Positions 37,561 through 50,660 of a DNA stretch of 64,000 nucleotides are shown one piece after another. Under the pieces are notes generated by a model. The model did not search any database. It was not told the DNA's origin and worked only from the letters and a program-made list of their open reading frames with translations. The position numbers and the translations under genes were made by a program. This DNA is from Nageia nagi (Eukaryota; Plantae; Pinophyta). Location of the stretch: assembly GCA_050084985.1 (NCBI GenBank), contig JBITNC010000002.1, positions 22,630,001-22,694,000 on the forward strand, written 5' to 3'. The first letter of the stretch is position 1. Each line of letters begins with the position of its first letter.

Positions 37561-40500
37561 CAACTAATTATCTAATGAAATTGATGAAGATATATGTATT
37601 GATCATAGCTTGCCTCTTGCCTTTGGTTGTTTCAATACTGATGATGAATTGCTTGAATACTTGGGGGCACATTCGAAATTGCCCAAGTCTAATGAAAAAT
37701 ATCATGCCTTTTATATGCTTCATGAATATGCTTACTTTGTCCAATATGTCAATTTTCATGATGTGTTACAAGTTTAGCCCTTAGAAGAATATGAGATTGC
37801 TAATCTTACTATGGAGGATTTTCCATCATTATTACAAAAGAAGATATATCTTACCTTCCCATAAAAAGAGTTACTAAACATTAAATTGACACTATAGATA
37901 AAGAGAGATTACCTCAAATTAGAGCAGCCCTAGCCTCTTCCAAGCAAGAAAGGTACAAATCTAAATTCATTGCATACTCTAAAAATTTTGCTTGGTCTTA
38001 TGATGATATGAATGGGTTGGATCCTTCATTTATCATGCATAATTTGCCATTAAAAGCAAGTGCCAAGCTAATTAAGCAAAAGCCTAGAAAAATACATCCT
38101 TCCAAGGTCTTGTTAGTCAAAAAAGAAGATTGAAAGTACTTGCAAGCAGGATTGATAGAGCCTATTTATTATTCTTATTGGATGTCCAATATTGTTCTTG
38201 TTACTAAACCAACTAGTGAAATACGAGTATGTACCGATTTTCATGATATCAACAATGCTTTTCCTAAATATGATTTCCATTACCCAATATTGATATGATT
38301 GTTGATAGCATAACTGGCCATGATATGTTTTCATTTATGGATGGTTTTTCTAGTTACAATCAAATTTTAATTAATCCTATTGATCGACATAAAACGACTT
38401 TCACAACCCCATAGGGTAATTTTTATTGGAAGGTTATGCCCTTTGGACTAAAAAATGTAGGTGCTACATATCAAAGAGCCATGGTCACCATATTTCATGA
38501 GCATATTCACAAAATAGTGGAGTTCTATGTTGATGACATTCTTTTCAAATCAAAGTAAGGTTAAGACCATTTCCAAGCCCTTGAAGAGGTGTTCAAAATT
38601 TTGCAAAGGTACAAACTAACACTTAAAGCTTCAAAGTGTGCATTTGGAGTTACTTCTAGAAAATTGTTAGGTTTCATAAGTTCAAATAGAGGAATTGAGG
38701 TAGATCCTAAGAAGGTAAAAGCCATTATTGACATGCCTCCCTCTAGAAACTTGAAACAACTTATAAGCCTTCAAGGAAAGATAAACTCAGTTAAGAGGTT
38801 CATCTCATAGCTAGGGGATAAGTGTAGACCATTCACTCACTTTCTTAAGAAGGATGTTATGTTTGCATGGGATGTGAATTGCCAAAAAGCATTTGAATAT
38901 ATCAACCAATATTTTTCAATCCCCCTATCCTTGTTCCCATGGATTTTTTCTAACCTACTTACTCATATATTTCAACCTCCTTATCTACAATAGGAACCAT
39001 GTTGTGTCAAAAAAATAAAGATAATAAGGAGAGGGCCATCTATTATCTAAGCAAGACATTGATTGACTATGAGACAAGGTACACTCCTATGGAGAAAATT
39101 TGCTTTGCTATGATATTTACTACTAAAAAATTAAGGCATAACTTGTTATATTGCACCACATATGTTGTTAGTCCTATTAATCCTTTAAAATATCTTGTGG
39201 CTAAACAACACTTATCAGGTATATTTGCAAAGTGGCTAATGTTATTATAGGAATTTGATATTAATGTGGTGAAGCAAAAATCTATTAAAGGAAAGGCAAT
39301 TGCAGATTTAATTGTATATTTTCCTCAGGAAGGTGAGGAGGTTATCCATGAAGAGTTTCTTGATACTTTTGAGAAGGATCCACGATGCCAGTAGCCTGAT
39401 AACTTATCAACAAGGCACCAACAACATGATTTTGATGAGATCTCCATCCCTAATAATTATATTTATCTTCTGGAGGATTAGTATGGACCCTGCATTTTGA
39501 TGGTTCTAGATGCATTCACAAAGCAAAGGCAAATATTGTTTTGGTCTCTCCTACTAATCAAGTGATCCCTATTTCATACAAATTAGATTTCAAATGCACT
39601 AATAATATGGTTAAGTATGAGGCTTTGATACTGGGATTGAAGGCTGCTTTAGAACTAAAAATCACAAAAATAGAAATTTATGGGGACTCATATATTGTTG
39701 TCAACCAAGTGAAGTATTATTATGATACCAAAGATGAGAAACTAAAGCCTTATAGGGTGGTTGTGATTGAGTTTCTAAACAACCTTGATAGGTATATTAT
39801 TGAGACCACTCCTAGGAATAATAACAGATATGCAGATGTTATGGCAAGTGCAACCTCTTTAGTACAAATTGAGCTTGAAGATGAGGATACCATTCTCACT
39901 ATCTGTAAGTTGAGTTCTCCATCTTACACAACCCATATTCATTCTATTTTATCCTATCTTATTACCAATGATGATGCTTTTCAAGATTGGTACTTTGATA
40001 TCTATAGCTACTTAAAATACCAAAGCATTCCTTCTATATATACTAAGAATGATATATTAAGATTGAGAAGGATTGCTATGAAATACATCATCATTAGTGA
40101 TATTTTATATAGAAGATCCTTTTATGGTTCCTTGTTGAGATGTTTAACATAGGATGATATAGCTACTGCTTTAGAGCAAGATCATGATGGATTATATGGT
40201 GGTCATTTTTATGCCAAAGCTCTCTATAAAAAGATCTTGAGAATAGGGTACTATTGACCCACTATGGAGGAGGATTATCAAGCTCATGTGAAAGTATGTG
40301 TGCAATGCCAAAAGCATGCAAAATTAGAAAAATAACCCACTTAAGAACTTAATTCCATTATTTCTCCATGGCCCTTTGCTACTTGCGGTATAGATTTAAT
40401 TAGCATGATTAATCCTCATTCTAGGGAAGGATACAAATTTGTCATCACAACTACATAATATACTAACAAGTGGGCAGAAGCCATCCCCATGAAGTTAGTT

Positions 40501-41399
40501 ACACAAGAAAAGGTTATTGCATTCCTAATAGAATACATCATCACTAGATTTGGTGTTCCACAAAGGTTGATCATGGATAATGGTCAAAATTTCAAAGGCA
40601 AGGATATGCAAGCATTTTGTAAAAAGTTTCACATCACACAAACCTTTTCTTCAGTTTAATATCCTCAAGGAAATGGTCAAGCTGAAGCAACAAATAAGAT
40701 ACTTAAGAGTATTCTTGCCAAAACATGGGATAAGTACAAAATATATAGCATTAGCAATTGCCATATGCATTATGGGCCTATAGACCTAGTGTTCAAATAG
40801 CCATTGGGGAAACTTTGTTTTCATTGGTGTATGGAGATGATTCCATTGTCCCACTTGAGTTAGAGATTCCTTCGCTTAGGATCTCTTTACAGGGTGATAT
40901 TTCAAATGAGGATGTAAGAAAAGCAAGATTGCAGCAGTTGGAACTATTAGATGAAAAGAGAATCAAAGCCATTGAATATCAAAAGGTCTACATTACCAAA
41001 ATTAAGAGAGAATTTTGCAAGAAGATAAAAGCTAAAGAGTTCAAAATAGAGGACCTAGTCTTAAAGAGAATATCAACAAAATAACAGCAAATGATGAGGC
41101 TAAAGGTAAATTTGAACCCAATTAGTTGGGCCCATATGTTGTTATTGATGCAGTAGGATCGGGAGCATATAGGTTATCAACTTTTTATGGAAAAGAGGAA
41201 CCAAAAATCTTCAATACCATCCATATCAAGCATTTTTATGCTTGAAAAGCATAGCTCTATGTTGTGCAAATAATTCATATCAAACATAGGGGCATAACTT
41301 CTTTTTATTTTTTATAAATATCCATGTAGAACACAACATTGATGGTGTGCTTAACTGTCAACATGACGTTGGAGATGTGCCAAAAAAAAACTTGATAGT

Positions 41400-41945
41400 C
41401 TAATATCTTTAGATTATGGACATACAAATGTATGATTATCGATGGCCAATGAAATGGCTAATGAGAGTTCCCTCACTTAAAAGTAAACCAATGATATAGC
41501 CATTAGCACTTTGTTGACATTGGATCATCTCTAATGGATGATACATTTTACTGTGTATCCACATGGTTTTTTCTTTGAACACATCAAGAGCATACTGTCT
41601 TTGGATCATAGACATACAAACATATGATCATCGATGGTCAACAGAATGGCTAGTGAGAGTTCCCTCACTTAAAAGTAAACCGACGATATAGTCATTAGCA
41701 CTTTATTAATATTGGATCATCTCCAATGGAAGATACATTTTTTTATGTATCCACATGATTTTTTCTTTGAACCCATCAAAAACATACTATTTTCAAATCA
41801 TAGACATACAAATGTATGATCGTCAATGGCCAATGAAATAGCTAGTGAGAGTTCACTTACTTAAAAGATAAATCGATGATGCAACTGTGAGTAAGATTGT
41901 TGACATTAGATCATCTTTAATGGATGATGTAGCTTACTATGCATC
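41400..41945 (+). repeat. 192-bp tandem repeat (~2.8 copies) in the Tat 3' region
   Basis: GACATACAAA recurs at 41419, 41611 and 41803. Confidence 0.85.
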
Positions 41946-44779
41946 CATTATATTTTTATGGCTAACACTTCATTATAGGTACATAAATCTAGAAGTACAA
42001 GAGAAAATTATAGTCAAAATTAGGGCACCAACATTGTGCTCACTATCTTTTAGGCCACCAGTGATGTACATTTCATTACTATTTCCACCCATCCAAAGTA
42101 TAACCTCTCTATTTCGAGGCATGGATGTAAGTGCATCTAATTCCCAAGTATCTAACATGATGAAATGACTAGATTTATGATTAAAATAATAAAAAGGAAG
42201 CACATCATATCTTCCATCTCTAGCTTTGGATATGGATTTCTATAGTCATCCACATATCATCCAAAAAGTATTAAAGATAGCTTCGTCAGTAACTTTTGCC
42301 TTAGCTACTCCACTTAAGGATCTTGCTTGGGGCACCCAAGTCAAAAGGAGGGTAGCATAAGGACCCTCATCATCATTCAATCAGCATCAGTAAAAAGATT
42401 AGAAAATTTTCTTCTATGCTTCTTCTAAACTTCTTCTTTGGACATGTAATTTCATTTCTTCAATCACACATCCAAAGAGGGGTAAATGTAGATGCCTCAA
42501 AATGAACCTTTATGTATTTAATAAATCATTTTAATCCTTTAACAATGTATTATTTAAAAAGATATTAAAAATGTACAAAAGAGGTGTAGTTCATGTATTT
42601 GACTCTTGTGGAATGAACAAGAGGTCAAAATATCAAAGTCATCCAAATTTGTATCATATATAAAGGTATCATTTGATGACCTATAGGATCATGAGCGAAT
42701 TATGGGCAAATAATCATTTCAAGCTAATACAAGGATTATCATTGAAGATTATTGGAATGTATAATGCATTATTGTAAAAGCTATATTAAATATTTTATGT
42801 AAATTCACTAATACTTAAGGGTATTATTTGATACCTTAAGTATTTTAGTGAATATAATAATGTAACTTGTTTTACACTCCAAGTCATGAGCATGCCCCTT
42901 GGGTCAAAGATGTGCATGTCATACTTAGGTCATCCAAGGGGGGATTTTAGCCTATAAATAGAAGGTTTCCCCTTTGTAATGATACACCAATTATGGAGTA
43001 AGGATAAGCTATAGGATAGAAGTGTAGGAGTTGAGATCAAGGATTATAAGAGAGTTGTATTTGTGAGAGAAGTAAAGATCTAGTTAGTGGATGTACTCCT
43101 AGTTGGAGGAACCACTTTACATCTTGTGTTATGAGATTGCTTTGTGTATTTGTTGGATGTAATTGTGAGCTTTCATGTGATCTTGGTATTTTAATAATTA
43201 TATTATTAGTGTTAATTCCTTCAAATTGGTATCAGAGCCACTTAAAGGCTCATCTTCATATCCTTGGTGTGGAAGCTACATCTTGGTGATCTTCACTTCT
43301 CATCCTTCACTTTGTTGTTGAGGTAAAAATCAAGAGAAGGTATAAATTAAATTCCCCCCTCTTTTTTTTGCATTATTACATTTTATTACTAACATATTAC
43401 TTATTATGTGTTACCCTTTCTTTTGAGTATAATATGGATAACAAAATTGCAAAATTTTAAGTTCATGTTAACCTCCTATGATTACTTGCAATTTTTTTTA
43501 ATTGCTACAAGTTTTTCTATGAATAAGGGTTCATTATATAAAATTATTTAATATTACAAAGGTAATATTACAAAATATGCTTAAAAGTAAGAAATATGAT
43601 GCAATTTTTTTTACCATTTTTTTATACTAACCTTTTGTTTAAAGGTGTAAGTACATTTTTTTAATATGTATTTTTTTAAAAATATGTATAAATGTTAAGA
43701 TTTAAACAAAAACAAACACTACTATTTTTTTAGTTTTTTTTTACCATTTGTCTATTTCAAAATGGGAGGACAACATGCATATTCTTACATTCATGTTGTA
43801 AAAGTAAAATTTTTGCATTTTTTTCTTCAAATTTTTGCAACCAATAGTTAACAACTCCTCCTCTTGTGGTGACTTTCTTCTCCCTGCCATCCTCTCCTCC
43901 TCCCATGTTGGGCATCTCGATAACCCTTCATCGTGGTTATGTTGCTTTGGCTATGGGTAGTGCTTATTGTGTTGGCACATTACGGTTTGTTATCCATGGC
44001 TCCTACACACAGATCTCATGCACCCTCCTCTATAATGCCATTCCCCACTCCCAACATCACATCTACCTCCTTGCAACCAAATGCACTCTTCACTACCCAA
44101 ATTAGATGTCCAAAATTCGATATGGTCTAGCTTCTCCAACAAATCGGCCAGGGTTTGCACTTAGGACTTTTGAATCCAATTTGCAAGCTCCATAAGTGTT
44201 GCTAGTGTGCCTTTTTTTACCTTATCACACTTTCTTGACTCTTACAATGCAACCCATGCTTCTTGCATTTTATGTGATCATATGTGGTATTTGCTCACCT
44301 TTCTTTTGGCTATCTCCATTGTATCTCCTCCACTTACCTCTTGCCACGCATGCCATGCCTTTTTTTCCCTATTATGGCCCCTTTTTCATTGCATGTTCTA
44401 GTTTTTTTTTCAAATAACTACACCCATGCTTTGAATATTATTTTTTTTCCTTCCTTTTTTTTTCACTTAGGTGGCACTTGTTAGTATCCCCTTCAACCGA
44501 ATTTGTTTTCCCATGCCTACCTACTTTGTGCATTTTTTTCAATACTGCCCTCATTTTCCATACCTAATCTTTTTTAAGGGATCTTATGTTTTTTAAGTCA
44601 AAGGAGGTAGATATGATACATATTTGACTTCACTTTTTGGATTTATTTATTTTTTTATCAAATCTTATGTCTATCCATCAGCATTATTTTTTTTACCTAT
44701 GTATCTCTTAAAGGGATCATATTGCCTCAAAAGTGTTTTTTAAGTAAACAATATGGGGAGGAATTTTTTGACATTTTTA

Positions 44780-45170
44780 CTTAAAAATATTAGAATGCAT
44801 GCAATTTTTTTTTTTTACATTTTTAGAATGAATGCATACTTAAGGTTCTATATATCTCTATAAAAATATTAGAATGCATGCAATTTTTTTGACATTTTTA
44901 GAATGAATGCATACCTAAGATTCTATATATCTCTTTAAGCATTCATTTTTTATGCAAATTAAGGGACTGTTGCATGCTTAATTTAAGAATGATGCATTCT
45001 TACTTAATTCTTTAAGTTAATGGAATGATTCAAGCTTATTACTTTAAATTTTTAAGTTGTGAGGTAATTTATGAATTGTTGCATGCTTAATTTAAGATTG
45101 ATGCATTCTTACTTAATTCTTTAAGCTAATGGAATAATTCAAGCTTATTAATTAAAATTTTTAAGTTATG
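44780..45170 (+). repeat. Two adjacent direct duplications (~80 bp and ~110 bp) in the Copia leader
   Basis: TAAAAATATTAGAATGCATGC occurs twice; TGTTGCATGCTTAATTTAAG occurs twice. Confidence 0.75.
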
Positions 45171-45990
45171 ATGCAATTGATGATGAACTTGTGCAAAATA
45201 AAATATGATGTAATGATGTCCTATAGGGTTTTATGAACAAAACCCATTGGACACTTAGGTTTCAAGTTATTGAATGGATGATGTTTTTACTTATGATCTT
45301 TTATTTCATATTTTGCATTTTGATTTATTTGCTTATGCAAACAAAAATACAAACATTGATATGAGTAACCCCCTAAAATGAACACATCTGCATGTACTTT
45401 CTACAACATGACTTGTTTAAGGAGTCATGAGGTGAGGACAAGCGAATTGGAGCCTTTAAGTTCGAAAATCCAAGTGGTGAAAAGTCTGTACTACTTAATT
45501 ACCTCTAAATCCTCTGTTGGTCTATACATAACTCTATTAGATGGACAGGTATGTTTGTAGTGATACCACATATTTGCCCATCCATTTAGGGATTATCCTA
45601 ATAACCTAGGAGGATAACTTGAAACCTAATCAAGATTAATAATTTGATCGATCCAATAAATATCAAAACCTTAGAAAATAGCTAATACTTTTCTTTATGA
45701 GAGTATATTGCTATCCAAGGGGAACTAGTTGAGGATTGGTTAGACCTAGGCTCCTCTTGTGTGAGCATCTAGGTGAAGGCCTAATTTTAGATAAGAAAAC
45801 AAACCTCAACAATGTCACTCTACATCTACGGTTCTTAAGATATGAAATGTATTTGGGTACATGGGTTATTATTTCAATATTTGCACTTATGAATCAAATA
45901 AAGCATGTATTTAATGTTAAATATAACATGTATTATTTATTTGGTTTATTGAAAACACATGCTTATTATTTCAATTTTTTTATATAGCAA

Positions 45991-48900
45991 ATGGGAGAAT
46001 CTTTTTTACCCAAACACATTCTTGATGGTTCCAACTATGGGATTTGAAAACTTCGAATGAAAGTTGAATTACAGGAAAGGAAGCTATGGCAAATAATGAT
46101 TGAGAACATTGTACTTCCTACAGATGAGAAAACACTAGAGGCATATAAAATAAAAAATGAATTGGCAACCTCCATGATTTATCATGCAATTTCAGATGAA
46201 GTGCTCTTGATGATATTCTCCTCAAACTCGGTAAAGGAAGCATGGTATAAGCTAAAGCAAATCTATCTTAGCTCAAAATTTTCAAGAAGGTTTACCATTC
46301 TTCAAAAGTTGCTTCAATCTTGTTGAGGGGAAGATGAAAGTGTTGCTATCTACGTGACAAAAATCATTGATATAAGAATCCAACTTGTTGCTTATGGGTG
46401 CAATTAGATCAATGATGAATTCATGGTCTTCATCATTCTTAAAAGCCTCTCGATAAAGTTTGGAAACTTTGTAACAAGGTTTGATGATGAAAAATAAGTC
46501 ATCTCCCTTGAGAACCTTTTAAGGCACCTATTGATGCATAAGGAAACCCTTAACAATAAAGGGTTGATTTCTTCTACTAAGGAGAATAATGTTGCTCTTG
46601 GAGCAACCAAAACTTCTTTCAAAAAGAGGTTCAATCATCACAAGAAATCTTACCCTCTTCCAAAAGGTCTGAGAAAAGAGGTAGTGGCTACAACAGTAAT
46701 AGGAATAACAAAAACAACAAACACAGTAATAAGAACAATAGTACCAACAATCACAGAGATGGAAAAGGCAAAATAAACACTCTTTATCCTAAGAAAAAGT
46801 TTGATGGCCATTGTAACTATTATGGCATATAAAGTCACAAAGAAGTTGATTGTTACAAAAAGAAAAAGGAGAAAATGTAAAACAACAATATAAATGTAAA
46901 GAACTACAAAGGAAAAAAAATGTTCATGCTAATTGTGCTGCAACACTCTACTCCATGTCTTACACTTTTTCATCTAATTGGATTGTTGATTCTGGTTGCA
47001 CTAATCACCTATGCTTTGAAAGGAAAAAATATAGAACTTTCATAAGTATAATAAGGATGCAATTATGATAGGTGATAACTCTACCCTTGAAATCCAAGGA
47101 ATTGGAAGTGTGCTAATTCATGGAAAGATTCTTGACAAGGTTCTTTATGTTCTTAAGTTAAGGATGAACCTTCTCTCCATAATCCAAGTTGCTAGGAAAA
47201 GATACTCTTTTGAGTTCAATTCTCAAAGCTAGTACATTAAGAAAGGACTTACCACTTTGGTTAAAGGATTAGTGAAAGATAACCTCTACATTATGGATCA
47301 AGTTCCATCAAATATGTGTCTTACTACTAATGTATGTTCTAAAGGCAATCTTTGGCACCATCGTTTAGGGCATCTTAACCATAGAGTATTCAAGTCATGA
47401 AAACCCAAGAACTTATGGAAGGTTTACCTTCAATTTTTCCTTCGATTGGTCTATGCTAGAAGTGCATTCTTGGTAAGATGAACAGATAAAAGTTTGAAAA
47501 AGATAAGGCAATAAGAGCATCTCAACTTCTTCAACTTATGCATTCAAATTTGATGGGTCCATTTTAGACTAAGTCGCTTGGAGGAGCATCTTACACCTTA
47601 ACTTTCATTGATGACCTTAGTAAGATGACCTTTGGGTATCTACTTGAGCACAAGGATCAAACTTTTGAGACTTTTAGGGTTTTTAAGGCCTTTGTTGAGA
47701 ATCAAACTAACCTTAAAATCAAAATGTTGAGATTAGATAATGGAGGAGAATATAACAACAATGAGTTTAATGACTATTATGCTAAGTATGGAATTAAGAG
47801 GCAGTTTATAATTCCATACACTCCTCAACAGAATAGTGTTTTCGAATGAAAAAATAGAACAATCATGAAGATGGCTAGATGCATGTTTTGTAATCTTCCT
47901 AAGTTCTTATGGGGTGAAGCTATGAGCATTGCTATTTACACCTTGAATAGGTGTCTCACAAAAGTTATTCAAAATAAAACTCCTTTTGAGGTATGGTTAG
48001 GAAGAAAACCTAACATTTCTCACTTGAAGGTGTTTGGTTGTGAAGCTTTCTCTTACATTATTTCTGAGAAAAGGAAGAAGTTGGACCATAGAGCTAATAA
48101 ATGCATCTTCATGGGTTATGATAGTCAGCATAGAGGATACAAGATTTACTCTTCCACCTATAAAGTAGTATTCATTTCAAATAATTTCAAGTTCAATGAA
48201 CTTCTTGAATAATCTACTTCTAACATGAATATTGATGATCCAAAGAACTCTTCAGATGCTCCTAGTTGGTTGGATATTGATAAAGATAAGTCACCATAAG
48301 AACAAAATTCTTCAACATAAAAGGTAACAAAAAGTATGATTTTGAACAAATATTTACTTACCAAGATTGACAACAACCATGAGCCCTCAACCTTCAAATA
48401 AGCTTCTAAGCACGAGTGCTAGATAGAATCCATGAAAGTGGAGTATGAGGCACTTATGAAAAATAAAACTTGGAACTTGGTTCTTTATCCCAATGATAAG
48501 AATGTGATTAGCAATAAGTGGGTCTACAAGGTCAAGTTCAATTTTGTTGGAGATATTAAGAAATACAAGGCAAGGTTAGTAGCTAAAAGTTTTGCTCAAA
48601 AATATGATGTAGATTATGAGAAAACCTTTGCTCCCATGGCAAAGATGCCTACTATGAGAGTTTTTCTTGCACTTTCTATAGCTCAAGGATGGAAAGTTTT
48701 TCAACTTGACATTAAGAGTGCATTTTTCAATGGTGACTTGGATGTGGAAATATTCATGCATCAACTAGAAGAGTTCATTGTGCAAGGCAAAGAGTCCTTT
48801 GTGTGCAAGCTTAAGAAGTCTTTGTATGGACTTAACCAAGCACCTTGAGCCTGGTATAGAAAGATTTTAAGGTACTTTACAAAAATTGGATTCTCCAAGT

Positions 48901-49919
48901 ATTTTTTTGACTCCAATCTATATGTGCTCCATTAAGGAAAAAATATGGTTTTGATTCTCCTTATGTGGATGATCTTTTGATTACTGGGAATAATGATGTA
49001 ATCATTCACAAGTGCATATCCAAACTTAAGGCAACATTTGAAATGACTAATCTTAGTCTCTTGCACTACTATCTTGGCATGCAAGTGTATCAATACAAGG
49101 ATTATACTTACCTTAATCAATCTAAGTATATATCAGACATCTTGTAGAAGTTTGGAATGAAGGCATGTAGATATGCTGCAATCCCAATCTCTCTTAGAAT
49201 CACTATTTCTCTATGCTCCACCTCTCAGTTAGCTGATGCTATAGTTTATAGGCAATTGATTGGTAGTCTTTGTATTTGATGATCTTTAGGCTATATATTG
49301 CCTTTGCAATGAATATGATGGAATAATTTATGTAAAAACCTTATATGGAGCACCTCAATGTTGTTAAACATATTTTGTGGTATGTTGCAGGGACTAAGGA
49401 TCTTGCTCTCAAGTATTCCAAGTTGCCCTCGATTGTTTTCTTTGGATTCTCAAATTCTAACTATGGGGGAGATAGAGATGATAGGAAATCAACCTTTACA
49501 TATGTGTTTAGCATTAGTTCTGGTGCTATCTCTTGGACTTTCAAGAAGCAACCTACTATTTCTTTTTCCACCATAGAAGTTGAATGTCATGCCATGTATG
49601 TTGTAGCCTAGGAAGCCATTTGGTTAAGGCATATTCTGAAAGAAATTGGGTATGAGGCTCATCTTTAATCTCTTTCGATAATCAATTAGCTATTTCTTTG
49701 GCTAAGAATCTAGTGTTTCACTAGAGAATAAAACATGTGAAAATTCATGCTTATTTTATCAGGGAGAAGGTTCTTGATGGCTTCATCCACTTAGAGTATT
49801 TTCCATCCACATTGAACTTTACTGATTTATTCACCAAGCCCATCCTAAAAGCTCAGTTTTGTAAGCTCAAGGATGCTATCAAGTTGGTGAAGTTACCCTC
49901 AAGAGGGAGTGAAGTTTGA
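45991..49919 (+). pseudogene. Copia gag-pol, multiply disrupted
   Basis: LDGSNY, WIVDSGCTNH, LWHHRLGH, LRLDNGGEY, YTPQQN, YKARLVAK, QLDIKSAF, KKSLYGLNQAP, VDDLLITG and DLFTKPI motifs. Confidence 0.92.
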
Positions 49920-49984
49920 ATTCTTGGGTTGAATTCATGTTTGTGATGACAACTTCACCCTAGGAGGATTTTATGTTGTATAGT

Positions 49985-50660
49985 GTAGATTTTATTGTAT
50001 ACCTTCATGGTAAGTTCACTCTATGTGAGGAACTTATTGTACAAATAGAGTTGATTTTGTTGTATACCTTCATGGTAAGTTCACTCTATGTGAGGAACTT
50101 ATTGTATAAATAGAGTTGATTTTGTTGTACACCTTCATGGTAAGTTTGTTCTGCATGAGGAACTTGTTGTACAAATTGGCCAATTTTGCAATGTTCAATT
50201 ATCCATATGTGAGAAACTCTTATGTGTCTTTTAGCACTATTCAGTTATCCATATGTGAGGAACTCTTATGTGCATCCTCTATTTTTGATCAATTTTGCAC
50301 TATTCAGTTATTTATATGTGAAGAACTCTTATGTGCATATTTTATTTGTGATCAATTTTGCATTGTTCAATTATCCATATGTGAGGAACTCTTATGTGTC
50401 TTTTGGCACCATTCATTTATCCATATGTGAAGAACTCTTATGTGCATACTCTATTTGTGATCAATTTTGCACTTTTTAGTTATCCATATGTGAGAAACTC
50501 TTATGTGTCGTGTGGCACTATTCAGTTATCTATGTGTGAGGAACTCTTATATGCATGATCTAGTACTATTCAGTTATCCATGTGTGAGGAACTCTTATGT
50601 GTCTTTTGGCACTATTCAGTTATCCACATGTGAGGAACTCTTATGTGCATGCTCTATTTT
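49985..50660 (+). repeat. Compound tandem array in the Copia 3' UTR (3 x 65 bp, then ~9 units of ~47 or ~62 bp)
   Basis: Shared core TATGTGAGGAACT; ACCTTCATGG at 50001, 50066 and 50131. Confidence 0.88.

Noticed and set aside
43866-44484. Hydrophobic ORFs suggesting an env-like or membrane protein
   Set aside because: Low-complexity T/C-rich sequence is open in several frames, and it lies upstream of gag rather than at an env position.
50116-50479. ORFs of 104 and 85 aa with repeated motifs
   Set aside because: They are translations of the tandem array.
50190-50660. CRISPR-like pattern of a constant core with variable spacers
   Set aside because: The spacers are related to one another, the array lies inside a Copia 3' UTR, the DNA is eukaryotic, and there are no cas genes.
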